From contig CALHRZ010000019.1 in assembly GCA_938038445.1 (NCBI GenBank), positions 40,649 through 104,648 on the forward strand: a stretch of 64,000 nucleotides of DNA, in the 5' to 3' direction. The DNA comes from an uncultured bacterium. GTDB lineage: Bacteria; Verrucomicrobiota; Kiritimatiellia; CAIKKV01. Of this stretch, positions 9,577 to 18,820 are shown piece after piece (within the stretch, counting starts at the first letter, position 1; the number at the start of each line of letters is the position of its first letter). Position numbers and translations under genes: made by a program. Below the pieces are notes generated by a model. It ran no database searches and was not told the DNA's origin. It saw only the letters and a list, made by a program, of their open reading frames with translations.

Positions 9577-11391
9577 TCACGGGTTCAGCGGTTTTGGAGA
9601 TTGTTCGTCCACTTCCTTTCGGAAGGGGGTATAGGGGCGACCCAGCCATTGGATGCCCATATGGGTGGAAAATTCGAGGGCATTCAGTCGGACGCCGTGT
9701 ACGAGGACTGCGAGGGATGCCAACATGAGGTTCAGCATGTGCACGAAAAAGAGGACGATGCCGGCTGCGATCATGCCGGCCCAGCCGAGGGGGCCCGTGC
9801 CGAAGAGGATGCCATTGACCGCCTTAATGAGCACGATGGAGGCACTTCCGACGAGGTAGAGGCGGAGGTAGGAGACAACGTCGCCGAAATTTCCGATGAG
9901 GCTGAGGGGCAAGGTGACGAGCGAGACGGCTTCCGTGCGGAACCGGTCGAGGGGGACGGTAAAGAAAAAGATATAGAACACACTGACCGCCAGGAGGGCG
10001 AAGAACCCCGGGGGGAGCGGAACGGCGAGGACGAGAAAATTGGCCAGGGCGTACATGGCAGCGCACAGTCCGATCCAACCTAGATGGGCGATGGCCTGTG
10101 GGCTTGGGAGTAGGCGGAGGGCATTCCAACCATGGGCGATTGAAAGATGGATTGCGCCGACGAGAAAGCAGAACGATTGAAGCGCGACGGGATCGGCCAG
10201 AAGGGGGAGTTTCAGGCGGGCAAGAGGCGGGGGAAGCTTTTCGATTCCGAGATAATTACCGCTGAGAACACCCCAGAGCAAGGTGGCGATGGAGAGAATG
10301 CCGAGGAGGGGCAGAACATGTTCGGGCAGTCGGAAACGGCGCCATTTGAGGAAAAAGGTCAACCCAAGGAACAGAAGGCCATAGACCGCATCCCCGATTA
10401 GCATGGCCACGAACAGGGTGAAGAAAAGGAGGAAAACCGGGCTGACATCCGTTTCACGGTAGCCGGGAAGGATACCGATGAGTTTGAAGACAGCCTGGAC
10501 GGGTCGGATCCAGGGAGGGTTTCGGATTAAAGTGGGGGGAAGATCGTCAGGTCCTGGGGCTTCTGACAACAGGCCCCAACCGTGTCGGGCCGAAAGCTGG
10601 CGGAGGGATGCAACGCATTCTTCCGGGGCATAGCCCTGGAGGAGAACGACGGGGCCGCGTCCTGCCATTCCGGCGCGGGCCTCTTCCCATGTCAGTTTTT
10701 CTTCCGCTTCCGCTTCAAGGGGCTTCAGGACGGTCCGGTAAACGGATAGAGCCATCAAACGGTTTCTGCTGTTTTGGGCCGTTGCATCGGCTTCCTCAGC
10801 GTCCCGGATGAGAGATCCGAGGGAGCGGTCAGGGAGGGGGACCGCTGAGGCTCCTTGACAGGTTGGTTCCTCGGATGCGAGGAGAGCGAAGTAGTCGTAA
10901 CGGCCGTCGGAGGAAAGAGGGATTTGAATGATGCCTTCGGGTAGGGTGAGATGGGCACGGGATGGGGACTTGAAGAGGCGCAGGATGATGCCATGGGATT
11001 CGAGCTCGCGGGCGAGCGACGGATCGAAATTTCCAAACGGGCGGAGGAGGCGAATCTGTTCGTTCAGGGCATGGCGGCGGTTTTGAGACTCCTGGATGGC
11101 GTTGAGCAGGCGTTCGGTTTCTTCGATGAGGGCGTTGGGTGAAGGGGACGAGGCGTGCAGCGGCGTTGTGGAAGTGGCGTTAGCCAAGGCGCTTTCTCTG
11201 CCGATGCGGGTCAAGACGGTCTGAACTCGGCGGATTCGCTCCAATTGCTTGCGGGCTGCTTCGAGCGATTCTCCGGTGGGGGGCTGAAAGGGATGGAGAT
11301 GGAGGACCCCCGCCTTTTGCAGAATGTTCAGGGCGGAAGTTTGGCCGGACGCGAGGGTCAGCACCGTGATTTTGGACATGGGAACGATCAT
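9577..11391 (-). CDS. ntpI: V-type ATPase subunit I
   Basis: 604 aa with a soluble coiled N-terminal half and about 7 TM helices in the C-terminal half. Operon position is between D and K. Overlaps the ntpD stop by 4 nt. Confidence 0.88.
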   Translation of the reverse strand: MIVPMSKITVLTLASGQTSALNILQKAGVLHLHPFQPPTGESLEAARKQLERIRRVQTVLTRIGRESALANATSTTPLHASSPSPNALIEETERLLNAIQESQNRRHALNEQIRLLRPFGNFDPSLARELESHGIILRLFKSPSRAHLTLPEGIIQIPLSSDGRYDYFALLASEEPTCQGASAVPLPDRSLGSLIRDAEEADATAQNSRNRLMALSVYRTVLKPLEAEAEEKLTWEEARAGMAGRGPVVLLQGYAPEECVASLRQLSARHGWGLLSEAPGPDDLPPTLIRNPPWIRPVQAVFKLIGILPGYRETDVSPVFLLFFTLFVAMLIGDAVYGLLFLGLTFFLKWRRFRLPEHVLPLLGILSIATLLWGVLSGNYLGIEKLPPPLARLKLPLLADPVALQSFCFLVGAIHLSIAHGWNALRLLPSPQAIAHLGWIGLCAAMYALANFLVLAVPLPPGFFALLAVSVFYIFFFTVPLDRFRTEAVSLVTLPLSLIGNFGDVVSYLRLYLVGSASIVLIKAVNGILFGTGPLGWAGMIAAGIVLFFVHMLNLMLASLAVLVHGVRLNALEFSTHMGIQWLGRPYTPFRKEVDEQSPKPLNP

Positions 11392-11993
11392 GTACCGGCG
11401 GCTCCTTGGGTGGCCTTTTTCGCAGCTTTTCCACGTGCGATATCGGCGGTGAGGAGATCGCCCAGATAGACTTTTATAATTCGGATGGTTTCCTTGCAGC
11501 GGGGGATCATGATTTTTTCAAACAGATTGACCCGCTGGCTGGTGATGCGGAGTTCTTCGGAGAGTCGGCGGATTTGTTCTTCCAAAACGGCTTGTTCGGT
11601 CCGGAGTTCGGCGAGGCGGGCGATCAATTCGAAGGCTTCGTCGAACCAGGCGGGGGTTTCGAACAGATCGAAGCCGGGGTCGGCCACTGCGAACGCGTCC
11701 AGATGAGGTACGGCCACTCCCGCAATATTATCTTCGGACAGTTTGAGTTGGGCGGGTCCGGCGAGCGGTTCCGATCGGCCGGCGGCTTCGGCAAAGAGGG
11801 CAATCCAGGAAGCGGACTGTTTTCGGAGGGCGTTCGCTTTTTCGCGATTTTGGGCCAGGGCATGTTCGACGTGCTGGACTTCCATTTGAAGTTGCTGTTT
11901 TTTGAGTTGGAGCATGGGCAGGTATCGTTGGTAGCGCCGGAGGGCATCCCGTTGATTCTTCAATTCGATTTTTGTTTTCTTGATTTGCGCCAT
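11388..11993 (-). CDS. ntpD: V-type ATPase subunit D
   Basis: MAQIKKTKIELKNQRDALRRYQRYLPMLQLKKQQLQ is a typical subunit D N-terminus. 201 aa, long coiled coil. Confidence 0.9.
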   Translation of the reverse strand: MAQIKKTKIELKNQRDALRRYQRYLPMLQLKKQQLQMEVQHVEHALAQNREKANALRKQSASWIALFAEAAGRSEPLAGPAQLKLSEDNIAGVAVPHLDAFAVADPGFDLFETPAWFDEAFELIARLAELRTEQAVLEEQIRRLSEELRITSQRVNLFEKIMIPRCKETIRIIKVYLGDLLTADIARGKAAKKATQGAAGT

Positions 11994-11999
11994 GGTGCG

Positions 12000-13301
12000 T
12001 CAGGCCGATTTGCGTGGCCAGAACTTTTCCACCATTTGGGTTGGAATTCCCGTTTCCATCGGATCAAAGCAATCGGCCAGAATTTTCCATCCGAGGTCGA
12101 GTGCCTCTTCGAGGGGGATGTTCACCGCGAGATCCATCATTTTGGCTTCGAACAGGCCGCCGTATTGCAGCAATTTGCGGTCCCATGCGCTGAGGCGGAA
12201 GCCCATGGACTGTTTTTCGAGGGTTTCGCGGAAGGCCGCGTAAAGCTGGATCATCGTGTTCATGATGGTTCGGTGATCTTCACGGGTCTTGCCGTTTACG
12301 AGTTGTTTGAGTCGGCTGAGGGAACCGAAGGGTTCGATGCGGCCGCCGCGAAGGTAGAACTGGCCTTCCGTGATGTAGCCGGTGTTGTCAGGGACGGGGT
12401 GTGTCACGTCGTCGCCCGGCATGGTGGTGACGGCAAGGATGGTGATCGAGCCGGCCGTGTCGAAATCCACGGCCTTTTCATATCGCGCGGCTAGCTGGCT
12501 GTACAGATCGCCGGGGTAACCGCGGTTGGAGGGAATCTGCTCCATCGTGATCGCGATTTCCTTGAGGGCATCGGCGAAATTGGTCATATCGGTGAGGAGG
12601 ACAAGGACTCGTTTTCCTTCGAGGGCGAACTGTTCGGCGATGGCGAGGCTGATATCGGGGACGAGAAGGCATTCGACGATGGGATCGGAAGCGGTATGAA
12701 CGAAGAGAACGGACCGAGAAAGGGCGCCACTTTCGTCGAGGGTGTCGCGGAAGAAGAGGTAGTCGTCATGCTTGAGTCCCATACCGCCGAGGATGATGAT
12801 ATCCACTTCGGCCTGGAGGGCGAGGCGCGCGAGGAGAGGGTTATAAGGCTCGCCGGCTCGGGCGAAGATGGGGAGCTTTTGGGATTCGACGAGGGTGTTG
12901 AAGACATCAATCATCGGGATGCCGGTCCGGACCATGCGGCGGGGAATGATACGTTTGACGGGATTGACGGGGGGGCCGCCGATCGGGACGTTGGAACCCT
13001 CGGGGATAGGCCCGTTGTCGCGGGGCTGCATGCCGCCGGTGAAGACGCGGCCGAGCAGGTCCGATGTGAAGGGCACGCGCATCGGGTGGCCGAGAAAGCG
13101 CACGCGGGCGTCGGTGGCCACGCCGCGGGCGCCGGCGAAAACCTGAATGGCGACGTGGCGGTTATGGAGGCGGATCACCTGGCCGAGGGAAACGCCGCGG
13201 CGGGAACGGATTTCCGCGAGGTCTCGGTAACGAACCCCGTCGGCTTGGACGTAGATCACGTTGCCGGTGATGTTATCCAAACGGGTGCAGACCTTATCCA
13301 T
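12000..13301 (-). CDS. ntpB: V-type ATPase subunit B
   Basis: 433 aa. [15 protein letters not shown]-type segment ([18 protein letters not shown]), [20 protein letters not shown], and the non-catalytic B-subunit pattern. Confidence 0.95.
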   Translation of the reverse strand: MDKVCTRLDNITGNVIYVQADGVRYRDLAEIRSRRGVSLGQVIRLHNRHVAIQVFAGARGVATDARVRFLGHPMRVPFTSDLLGRVFTGGMQPRDNGPIPEGSNVPIGGPPVNPVKRIIPRRMVRTGIPMIDVFNTLVESQKLPIFARAGEPYNPLLARLALQAEVDIIILGGMGLKHDDYLFFRDTLDESGALSRSVLFVHTASDPIVECLLVPDISLAIAEQFALEGKRVLVLLTDMTNFADALKEIAITMEQIPSNRGYPGDLYSQLAARYEKAVDFDTAGSITILAVTTMPGDDVTHPVPDNTGYITEGQFYLRGGRIEPFGSLSRLKQLVNGKTREDHRTIMNTMIQLYAAFRETLEKQSMGFRLSAWDRKLLQYGGLFEAKMMDLAVNIPLEEALDLGWKILADCFDPMETGIPTQMVEKFWPRKSA

Positions 13302-15027
13302 GGTGGGCGACCTTCTTGAGGAGGGATTCGATCTCGTTCTGGATGGACGCGAAGGCGGGGTCGTCCATAGCGGTCCGGTTCCAGTCCCGCACCTTTTGTG
13401 TTAGTCGGTGGAAAAAAGCTCGAGCCGCGTCGTTTGTTTCAAAGTGAAGGGGGGTCTTGAGAATTCTGTACAGGGTGCTGAAGACGTGGCGTTGACGGTC
13501 GGCTGGAGTTGCGGCATCAATTTCGTGGAAGGCGTCCTGCTGGAGGTAGGTGTTGTCGAGGAACTCGGATTTTAGGAAAAGAACGAACTCGTCCTGGGTG
13601 ATTCCCTCTTCGCCAACGACCTTCATCATCTGTTGGATTTCTTGGCCTTTGCGGAGAATATTGCGGGCTTCGGCGGATTGTTCGGGCTCAATTACCGGGG
13701 GATAGACGCTCCAACTGTCGAGGGGGTCAATGGCGGGGTAGCGGCGGGCGTCCGAACGGGAGCGGGAGAGTCCGTGAAAGGCGCCGACGACTTTGAGGGT
13801 GGCTTGGGTGACGGGTTCGTCGAAGTTACCGCCGGCGGGGCTGACCGTACCGCCGATGGTGATTGAACCGGTTGTACCGTCCTTGAGGCGGACGAGTCCT
13901 CCCCGTTCGTAAAAGGCCGCGATCACGGATTCCAGGTAGGCGGGGAAGGCTTCTTCGCCAGGGATTTCTTCGAGGCGGCCGGAGATTTCACGAAGGGCTT
14001 GAGCCCAGCGGGAGGTCGAATCGGCGAGGAGCAGCACGTGAAGTCCCATTTGCCGGTAGTATTCGGCGAGGGTGACCGCGGTGTAGACGGATGCTTCACG
14101 GGCGGCGACGGGCATGGAACTCGTGTTGCAGATGATGACCGTGCGCTCCATGAGGGTACGTCCCGTTCGGGGGTCCTGCAGGTGTGGGAATTCGCGCAGG
14201 GTTTCGACGACTTCACCGGCCCGTTCCCCACACGCCGCGATGATCACGACATCCACTTCGGCATGACGGGAAGTGATCTGTTGGAGAACAGTTTTTCCGG
14301 CGCCGAATGGGCCGGGGATGCAGTAGGTGCCGCCGCGGGCGACGGGGAAGAAGGAATCAATGAGGCGTACCTTTGTGACCAAAGGTTCGGATGGCCGGAG
14401 GCGTTCGATGTAAGCTCGGATAGGAAGTTTGACCGGCCATCGCTGGATCATGGAGATTTCCCGGCTGCGGCCATCGTCGAGTTTCAATCGGGCGATGACG
14501 GAACCGGCGGGGCGATCGCCTGCTTCCGCAATGAACTCGACGGTTGCGGCTTCGGGAAGATCGAACGGGACCATGATACGGTGTTGGAAGATCCCTTCCG
14601 GCACGGTTCCAAGGGTTTCACCGGCGGTCAGACGGTCCCCGACTTGGGCGACGGGGGTAAACGGCCAGGAAGCATCGGGTTCAAGGGCTTCGAGGTAGGT
14701 GCCGCGTTGCAGGAAGAAGCCGCACTGTTCCGCAAGACGGGGGAGGGGGTTTTGGAGCCCGTCGAAAATTTGGCCGAGAAGGCCGGGTCCGAGCTGGGCC
14801 GACAGCAAGTGACCGGTAAACTCGACAGGGTCGCCGACGGCGAGCCCGGTGGTATCTTCGAAGACTTGAAGGTCGGCCCGGTTGGCTCGCACACGGACCA
14901 CCTCCGCCATCAGTCGTTTATCTTCCGTTCGGGCGAATGCGACTTCATTCTGACCGACGGCGCCTTCGAATTGGACGGTGATAAGGTTTCCGTTAACGGC
15001 GGTTATGGTGCCGGTGGTTGAACTCAT
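13294..15027 (-). CDS. ntpA: V-type ATPase catalytic subunit A
   Basis: Walker [44 protein letters not shown] and [21 protein letters not shown]. 577 aa. Confidence 0.96.
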   Translation of the reverse strand: MSSTTGTITAVNGNLITVQFEGAVGQNEVAFARTEDKRLMAEVVRVRANRADLQVFEDTTGLAVGDPVEFTGHLLSAQLGPGLLGQIFDGLQNPLPRLAEQCGFFLQRGTYLEALEPDASWPFTPVAQVGDRLTAGETLGTVPEGIFQHRIMVPFDLPEAATVEFIAEAGDRPAGSVIARLKLDDGRSREISMIQRWPVKLPIRAYIERLRPSEPLVTKVRLIDSFFPVARGGTYCIPGPFGAGKTVLQQITSRHAEVDVVIIAACGERAGEVVETLREFPHLQDPRTGRTLMERTVIICNTSSMPVAAREASVYTAVTLAEYYRQMGLHVLLLADSTSRWAQALREISGRLEEIPGEEAFPAYLESVIAAFYERGGLVRLKDGTTGSITIGGTVSPAGGNFDEPVTQATLKVVGAFHGLSRSRSDARRYPAIDPLDSWSVYPPVIEPEQSAEARNILRKGQEIQQMMKVVGEEGITQDEFVLFLKSEFLDNTYLQQDAFHEIDAATPADRQRHVFSTLYRILKTPLHFETNDAARAFFHRLTQKVRDWNRTAMDDPAFASIQNEIESLLKKVAHHG

Positions 15028-15587
15028 GCGGGGGTTCCTGAGATAGGGGAAAGGGGTAGGCTTTGGAAAAGACGTTCGATCTCCTTGTGGAGTACGGTTT
15101 CGCCGGTTTCCGGGCGGAGTGCAGCCCAGCGGGCAACCATTCGCAGGCGAAGGGCGTAGGCGAAGAGGGTGTCGAGAGTGAAGGGATCATGCCCGGCCAG
15201 TTCGTCGAGCAGGATCCATCTCGACCGATCGAGTTTGCGTTCCCGTTCCAGGGGGGAGGGGGATTGGAACGCTTCTTCGACGGCGTTTCGGATATCCAGT
15301 CGGATCACGCCAGGGAAGGGTTTGAGCCAGGGATCGGGGAGACGCTTGAGTCGCTGGGCGCGGGCGGTGGCGACGGCATTTCGAAGCTGGGTTTCCAAGG
15401 CACGCCATGCACGAGCGAAGGGGTGTTCCGCATGCCGTCCGCCGGTTTCGAGCAGATCTTTCAGGGTGAGGAGCTCGGGGGGGGACAAGACGGGTTGAGC
15501 GCGGCGGAGCAATTCCTCTGGTGCAACAGGGGGAGGGCTTCCGAGTTGGAGGAAGGGAAGCGAGGCGAGAAGATAGGTCAGGCTCAT
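15024..15587 (-). CDS. DUF2764-type V-ATPase-associated protein (occupies the subunit C slot)
   Basis: 187 aa, N-terminus MSLTYLLASLPFLQLG. It sits between E and A with 4-nt overlaps on both sides, the arrangement known from Bacteroidota/Chlamydiota-type V-ATPase operons. Confidence 0.7.
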   Translation of the reverse strand: MSLTYLLASLPFLQLGSPPPVAPEELLRRAQPVLSPPELLTLKDLLETGGRHAEHPFARAWRALETQLRNAVATARAQRLKRLPDPWLKPFPGVIRLDIRNAVEEAFQSPSPLERERKLDRSRWILLDELAGHDPFTLDTLFAYALRLRMVARWAALRPETGETVLHKEIERLFQSLPLSPISGTPA

Positions 15588-16237
15588 GAGGCGGTGGGAG
15601 GGGGGGACTTTTGCGGCGCGGTTTCGGCCGCCGTCCGGACAATATCGGCCAGATGGGGGCGGAGAAGGCGGCTGAGCGCTTCGGCGATGGCCTGAGGGGT
15701 AAAATCGAGTTCAACGTGTTCTGTGCGGCGAACGACCTTGAACCCTTTTGTGAGGGTGGGGTCGGCATGAATCAGGAGGCCGTTTCCGCCGGCCTGTTGT
15801 TGAAAATCTTGGAGGATGGAGTTTTTCAACGTTTCCTGGATATCGGGGGGAACCAGGAGTTCAAGGTCTTTGGCGGAATGATGGGAAGAGAGCCAGGCTT
15901 GCACGGCGGTGCGGATGAGATCCTTGAGTTCTTCGGGCGCGAGGGCTTTACCGACCTGTTGGGCAAGGAGGTTCTCGAAATAGCGGATTGTGGCGGAGCG
16001 AACGGAGAGGAGGAGATCGCGTGCGGCCAGCTCAAGGGTTTTGCGCCCGCGTTCGACGGATGCGGCGGCGTCGAGCGCAGCTTTTTGGCGCAGGGCATCC
16101 GCATCCCGTTGAGCCTCTTCACGGATTTTTTCGGCTTCAGCGCGAGCTGTTTGGAGGAGAGACTGCGCCTGTTGCTGTGCTTTTGCGAGACCCTCGGTCT
16201 GGATCCGTTCGAGGAGGGGCTGAAGTGGATCGGACAT
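15584..16237 (-). CDS. ntpE: V-type ATPase subunit E
   Basis: Starts at internal ATG 16237 (MSDPLQPLLERIQTEGLAKAQQQAQSLLQTARAEAEKIREEAQRDA...), with the charged helical N-terminus typical of subunit E. The 123 upstream codons of the listed ORF 15584..16606 are not protein-like and cross the ilv leader region. Confidence 0.85.
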   Translation of the reverse strand: MSDPLQPLLERIQTEGLAKAQQQAQSLLQTARAEAEKIREEAQRDADALRQKAALDAAASVERGRKTLELAARDLLLSVRSATIRYFENLLAQQVGKALAPEELKDLIRTAVQAWLSSHHSAKDLELLVPPDIQETLKNSILQDFQQQAGGNGLLIHADPTLTKGFKVVRRTEHVELDFTPQAIAEALSRLLRPHLADIVRTAAETAPQKSPPPTAS

Positions 16238-16360
16238 ATCAGAATTTCCGGATATTCGTTTCGAAACAAACAGGCAGAGGATACCATTATTGACTGTCCT
16301 GGGCAAGGCCAATTTGCCTTGTGAGGAAGGTTGGTGGGTGGGGCGAACGACAAATAAATG

Positions 16361-16389
16361 TTGACAGGACTTTGGGAAAGCTCGATTAT
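16361..16389 (+). promoter_or_regulatory. sigma70-like promoter for the ilv leader (TTGACA - 17 nt - GATTAT)
   Basis: Perfect -35 TTGACA at 16361-16366, a 17-nt spacer and GATTAT at 16384-16389, about 60 nt upstream of the leader ORF. Sequence match only. Confidence 0.35.
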
Positions 16390-16450
16390 AGCACTTATGA
16401 GGACAGAGGAAGGGATCTCTCGAATCTTGGGGAACTTCCACGGGACGGAA

Positions 16451-16516
16451 GTGAAGATTCTCGCGCTGCTCGTCGTGGTTGTTGGCAACCGCGCGGTGGG
16501 GCGGGTTCTTTCCTGA
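16451..16516 (+). CDS. ilvBN leader peptide, (M)KILALLVVVVGNRAVGRVLS
   Basis: GTG-initiated 21-codon ORF. Codons 3-11 are I L A L L V V V V, so eight of the nine specify Ile/Leu/Val. It ends 24 nt before a strong intrinsic terminator that precedes ilvB. Too short for the ORF track. Confidence 0.6.
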   Translation: MKILALLVVVVGNRAVGRVLS

Positions 16517-16539
16517 TCGGGAGATTCGCCGGAAGAGCC

Positions 16540-16571
16540 AAAACCACCGCCGAAAGCGGTGGTTTTTTTTT
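16540..16571 (+). terminator. intrinsic terminator acting as the ilvBN attenuator
   Basis: CCACCGC (16544-16550), loop CGAAA, GCGGTGG (16556-16562), then 9 T (16563-16571), with an A-tract on the 5-prime side. It lies 20 nt before the ilvB ATG inside a divergent promoter region. An identical GCGGTGG at 16493-16499, inside the leader ORF, can pair with 16544-16550 as an antiterminator. Confidence 0.7.
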
Positions 16572-16590
16572 AGTTGGAAAGGAGGCAGAG

Positions 16591-18315
16591 ATGAGAACGG
16601 GCGCACAGTGTGTGATCGATGGGTTGATCCAAGCGGGTGTGAAGACCGTTTTCGGGATCCCTGGTGGAGCGGTCTTAGACCTTTATGCGGCGTTGTACCG
16701 CGCGCCCATCGAGTTCGTGTTGACGCGGCATGAGCAGGGCGCCGCGCACATGGCGGACGGTTATGCGCGGGCTTCAGGAAAGCCTGGGGTGTGCATTGTG
16801 ACCTCAGGACCTGGGGCTACGAACACGGTCACTGGCCTGGCCACGGCCTTTATGGACGGTATTCCGGTTGTGTGCATTACAGGGCAGGTTCCTTCCCATA
16901 TGATCGGCAACGACGCGTTTCAGGAGGCCGACACACTGGGGATCACCCGTTCGGTAACCAAGCACAACTATTTGGTGCGCGATGTGGATGATCTGCCGCG
17001 GATCATGGCGGAAGCCTTCAAAATTGCAACGATTGGACGGCCGGGACCGGTTCTCATCGACATTCCGAAAGACATTCAGCGCGCGAAGACAAAGGCGGTT
17101 TGCACGAGCGAACCGGAACTCCGCAACTACAAACCAACGATTCGGGGGCATCCGAAGCAGGTCGCCAAACTTGCACACGCGATCAACAGCGCCAAGCGCC
17201 CTTTGATTTTGGCGGGTGGGGGTGTCATCGCGGGAGACGCTTCGGCCGAACTCACCGCAGTGGCGCGGAAGGCGAATATTCCCGTGGCGACCACCCTACT
17301 GGGTTTAGGGGCGTTTCCCGAAACGGATCCTTTGGCTCTAAGGATGGTGGGCATGCACGGACTGGTGGCGGCGAATTTGGCGATTAGTCATTGCGATCTT
17401 CTCATTTCCGTGGGTGCCCGGTTCGACGATCGGGTCACGGGGAAGGTGTCGGAGTTTGCGCCCCATGCGACGATCGCCCACATTGACATTGACCCTTCTT
17501 CCATCTCCAAAAGTATCGAGACGGACATTCCGGTGGTGGGCCACGTGAAATACGTTTTGGAGGATTTGCTTAAACTGGTGGAACCGATGGACCGCAGGGA
17601 ATGGCTGTCGCAACTTGCGGAATGGAAGTCGAAGCATCCCTTGTCGTACAACGGGTCGGAAGGGCGCCTTCCTCCCCAGTATGTGATCGAAACTCTTTAT
17701 CGGGTGACGGAGGGATCGGCCATTGTGGTGACGGATGTGGGGCAGCATCAAATGTGGGCAGCCCACTACTATCTGTACCGTGAGCCGAGGAGTTTCCTCT
17801 CATCGGGGGGGTTGGGGACGATGGGGTACGGTTTGCCGGCCGCCATTGGCGCGCAGATGGCCCGTCCGGAAAAACGGGTTGCAGTGATTTCGGGGGATGG
17901 CAGCATCCAGATGAATTTTCAGGAGATGGTGGTTGCCGTCGAACATCGTCTTCCCTTGGTGATTGTGGTTCTCAACAATCGGCATCTGGGCATGGTGCGG
18001 CAATGGCAGGCCATGTTCTACAACCGCGAATACGCGGCGTCGGTTCTGAAGCCGAAAGGACGTGGGCCGAACGAAAAGGTCCTTCCTCCCTGTACGAGTG
18101 ATTATTTGCCGGATTTTGTCCGTTTGGCCGAAGCGCATGGTGCGGTAGGAATTCGCGTGTGCCGGCCGGAGGATGTGGAGCCGGCTCTTCGAAAGGCATG
18201 GGTGGAGAGGGAGCGGCCGACGCTGGTCGAGTGTCTGGTCGAGGAGGAAGAGAATGTCTATCCGATGGTGCCGCCGGGGGCATCCTTATCGGAGATGGTG
18301 CACAGTTTGGCCTGA
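16591..18315 (+). CDS. ilvB: acetolactate synthase large (catalytic) subunit
   Basis: ATG 16591 with GGAGG 6 nt upstream. MRTGAQCVIDGLIQAGVKTVFGIPGG, GGLGTMGYGLPAAIGA and the ThDP motif GDGSIQMNFQE...NN. The longer listed ORF (from 16321) is an artefactual upstream extension. Confidence 0.96.
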   Translation: MRTGAQCVIDGLIQAGVKTVFGIPGGAVLDLYAALYRAPIEFVLTRHEQGAAHMADGYARASGKPGVCIVTSGPGATNTVTGLATAFMDGIPVVCITGQVPSHMIGNDAFQEADTLGITRSVTKHNYLVRDVDDLPRIMAEAFKIATIGRPGPVLIDIPKDIQRAKTKAVCTSEPELRNYKPTIRGHPKQVAKLAHAINSAKRPLILAGGGVIAGDASAELTAVARKANIPVATTLLGLGAFPETDPLALRMVGMHGLVAANLAISHCDLLISVGARFDDRVTGKVSEFAPHATIAHIDIDPSSISKSIETDIPVVGHVKYVLEDLLKLVEPMDRREWLSQLAEWKSKHPLSYNGSEGRLPPQYVIETLYRVTEGSAIVVTDVGQHQMWAAHYYLYREPRSFLSSGGLGTMGYGLPAAIGAQMARPEKRVAVISGDGSIQMNFQEMVVAVEHRLPLVIVVLNNRHLGMVRQWQAMFYNREYAASVLKPKGRGPNEKVLPPCTSDYLPDFVRLAEAHGAVGIRVCRPEDVEPALRKAWVERERPTLVECLVEEEENVYPMVPPGASLSEMVHSLA

Positions 18316-18332
18316 GAGGGAGGAAGCGCGAC

Positions 18333-18812
18333 ATGAAACACATCGTGACGCTTTTGGTGGAAAACAAGCCGGGAGTTTTGGCCCGAATTGTGGGGCTGAT
18401 TTCTGGACGGGGATACAACATTGAGGGCCTGACGGTGGCGCCAACGCACGATCCGGAAGTCTCGAAGATGACGATCGAGGTGCCGGGGGATGATCGGGTG
18501 CTGGAACAGGTGACGAAGCAGCTTAACAAGTTGATTGACGTCATCAAGGTTGCCGATCTGACATCGCAGCGTTTTTTTGGTCAGGAAATGATCCTGGTGA
18601 AAGTCGCAGCGGGTCCTGAACAACGCCGGGGGGTACTCGACATAGCGGAAATCTTTGGTGCAGTGGTTTTGGGCGTGCAGGCGTCATCCATGACCCTGCG
18701 GTTGGCGGACAGTCCTGGACGGATTGCGGAGTTTCTGGATTTAGTCAAACCGTTTCGGATTTTAGACGTCAGTCGGTCGGGGATGATTGCGATGCCGGCA
18801 GACGGCATTTGA
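18333..18812 (+). CDS. ilvN: acetolactate synthase small (regulatory) subunit
   Basis: ATG 18333. ACT-domain N-terminus MKHIVTLLVENKPGVLARIVGLISGRGYNIEGLTV. 159 aa, immediately after ilvB. Confidence 0.93.
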   Translation: MKHIVTLLVENKPGVLARIVGLISGRGYNIEGLTVAPTHDPEVSKMTIEVPGDDRVLEQVTKQLNKLIDVIKVADLTSQRFFGQEMILVKVAAGPEQRRGVLDIAEIFGAVVLGVQASSMTLRLADSPGRIAEFLDLVKPFRILDVSRSGMIAMPADGI

Positions 18813-18820
18813 GGCCGCTT

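Noticed and set aside
11406-12494. 362-aa plus-strand ORF, with 13999..15021 (340 aa) and 15611..16324 (237 aa), all across the V-ATPase operon
   Set aside because: They are antisense to the D/B, A and E subunit genes, whose identities are unambiguous. Their Gly/Phe/Glu-rich products have no motifs.
15584-16606. Long versions of listed ORFs: 15584..16606 (ntpE), 16321..18315 (ilvB), 54558..55868 (hisH), 54495..55493 (OMP), 5622..8153, 29710..30741, 18159..18812
   Set aside because: In each, the recognisable protein begins at an internal ATG or GTG with an RBS. The upstream extension is non-protein-like, and for most it overlaps a neighbouring gene or the ilv leader/terminator region. I trimmed the coordinates accordingly.
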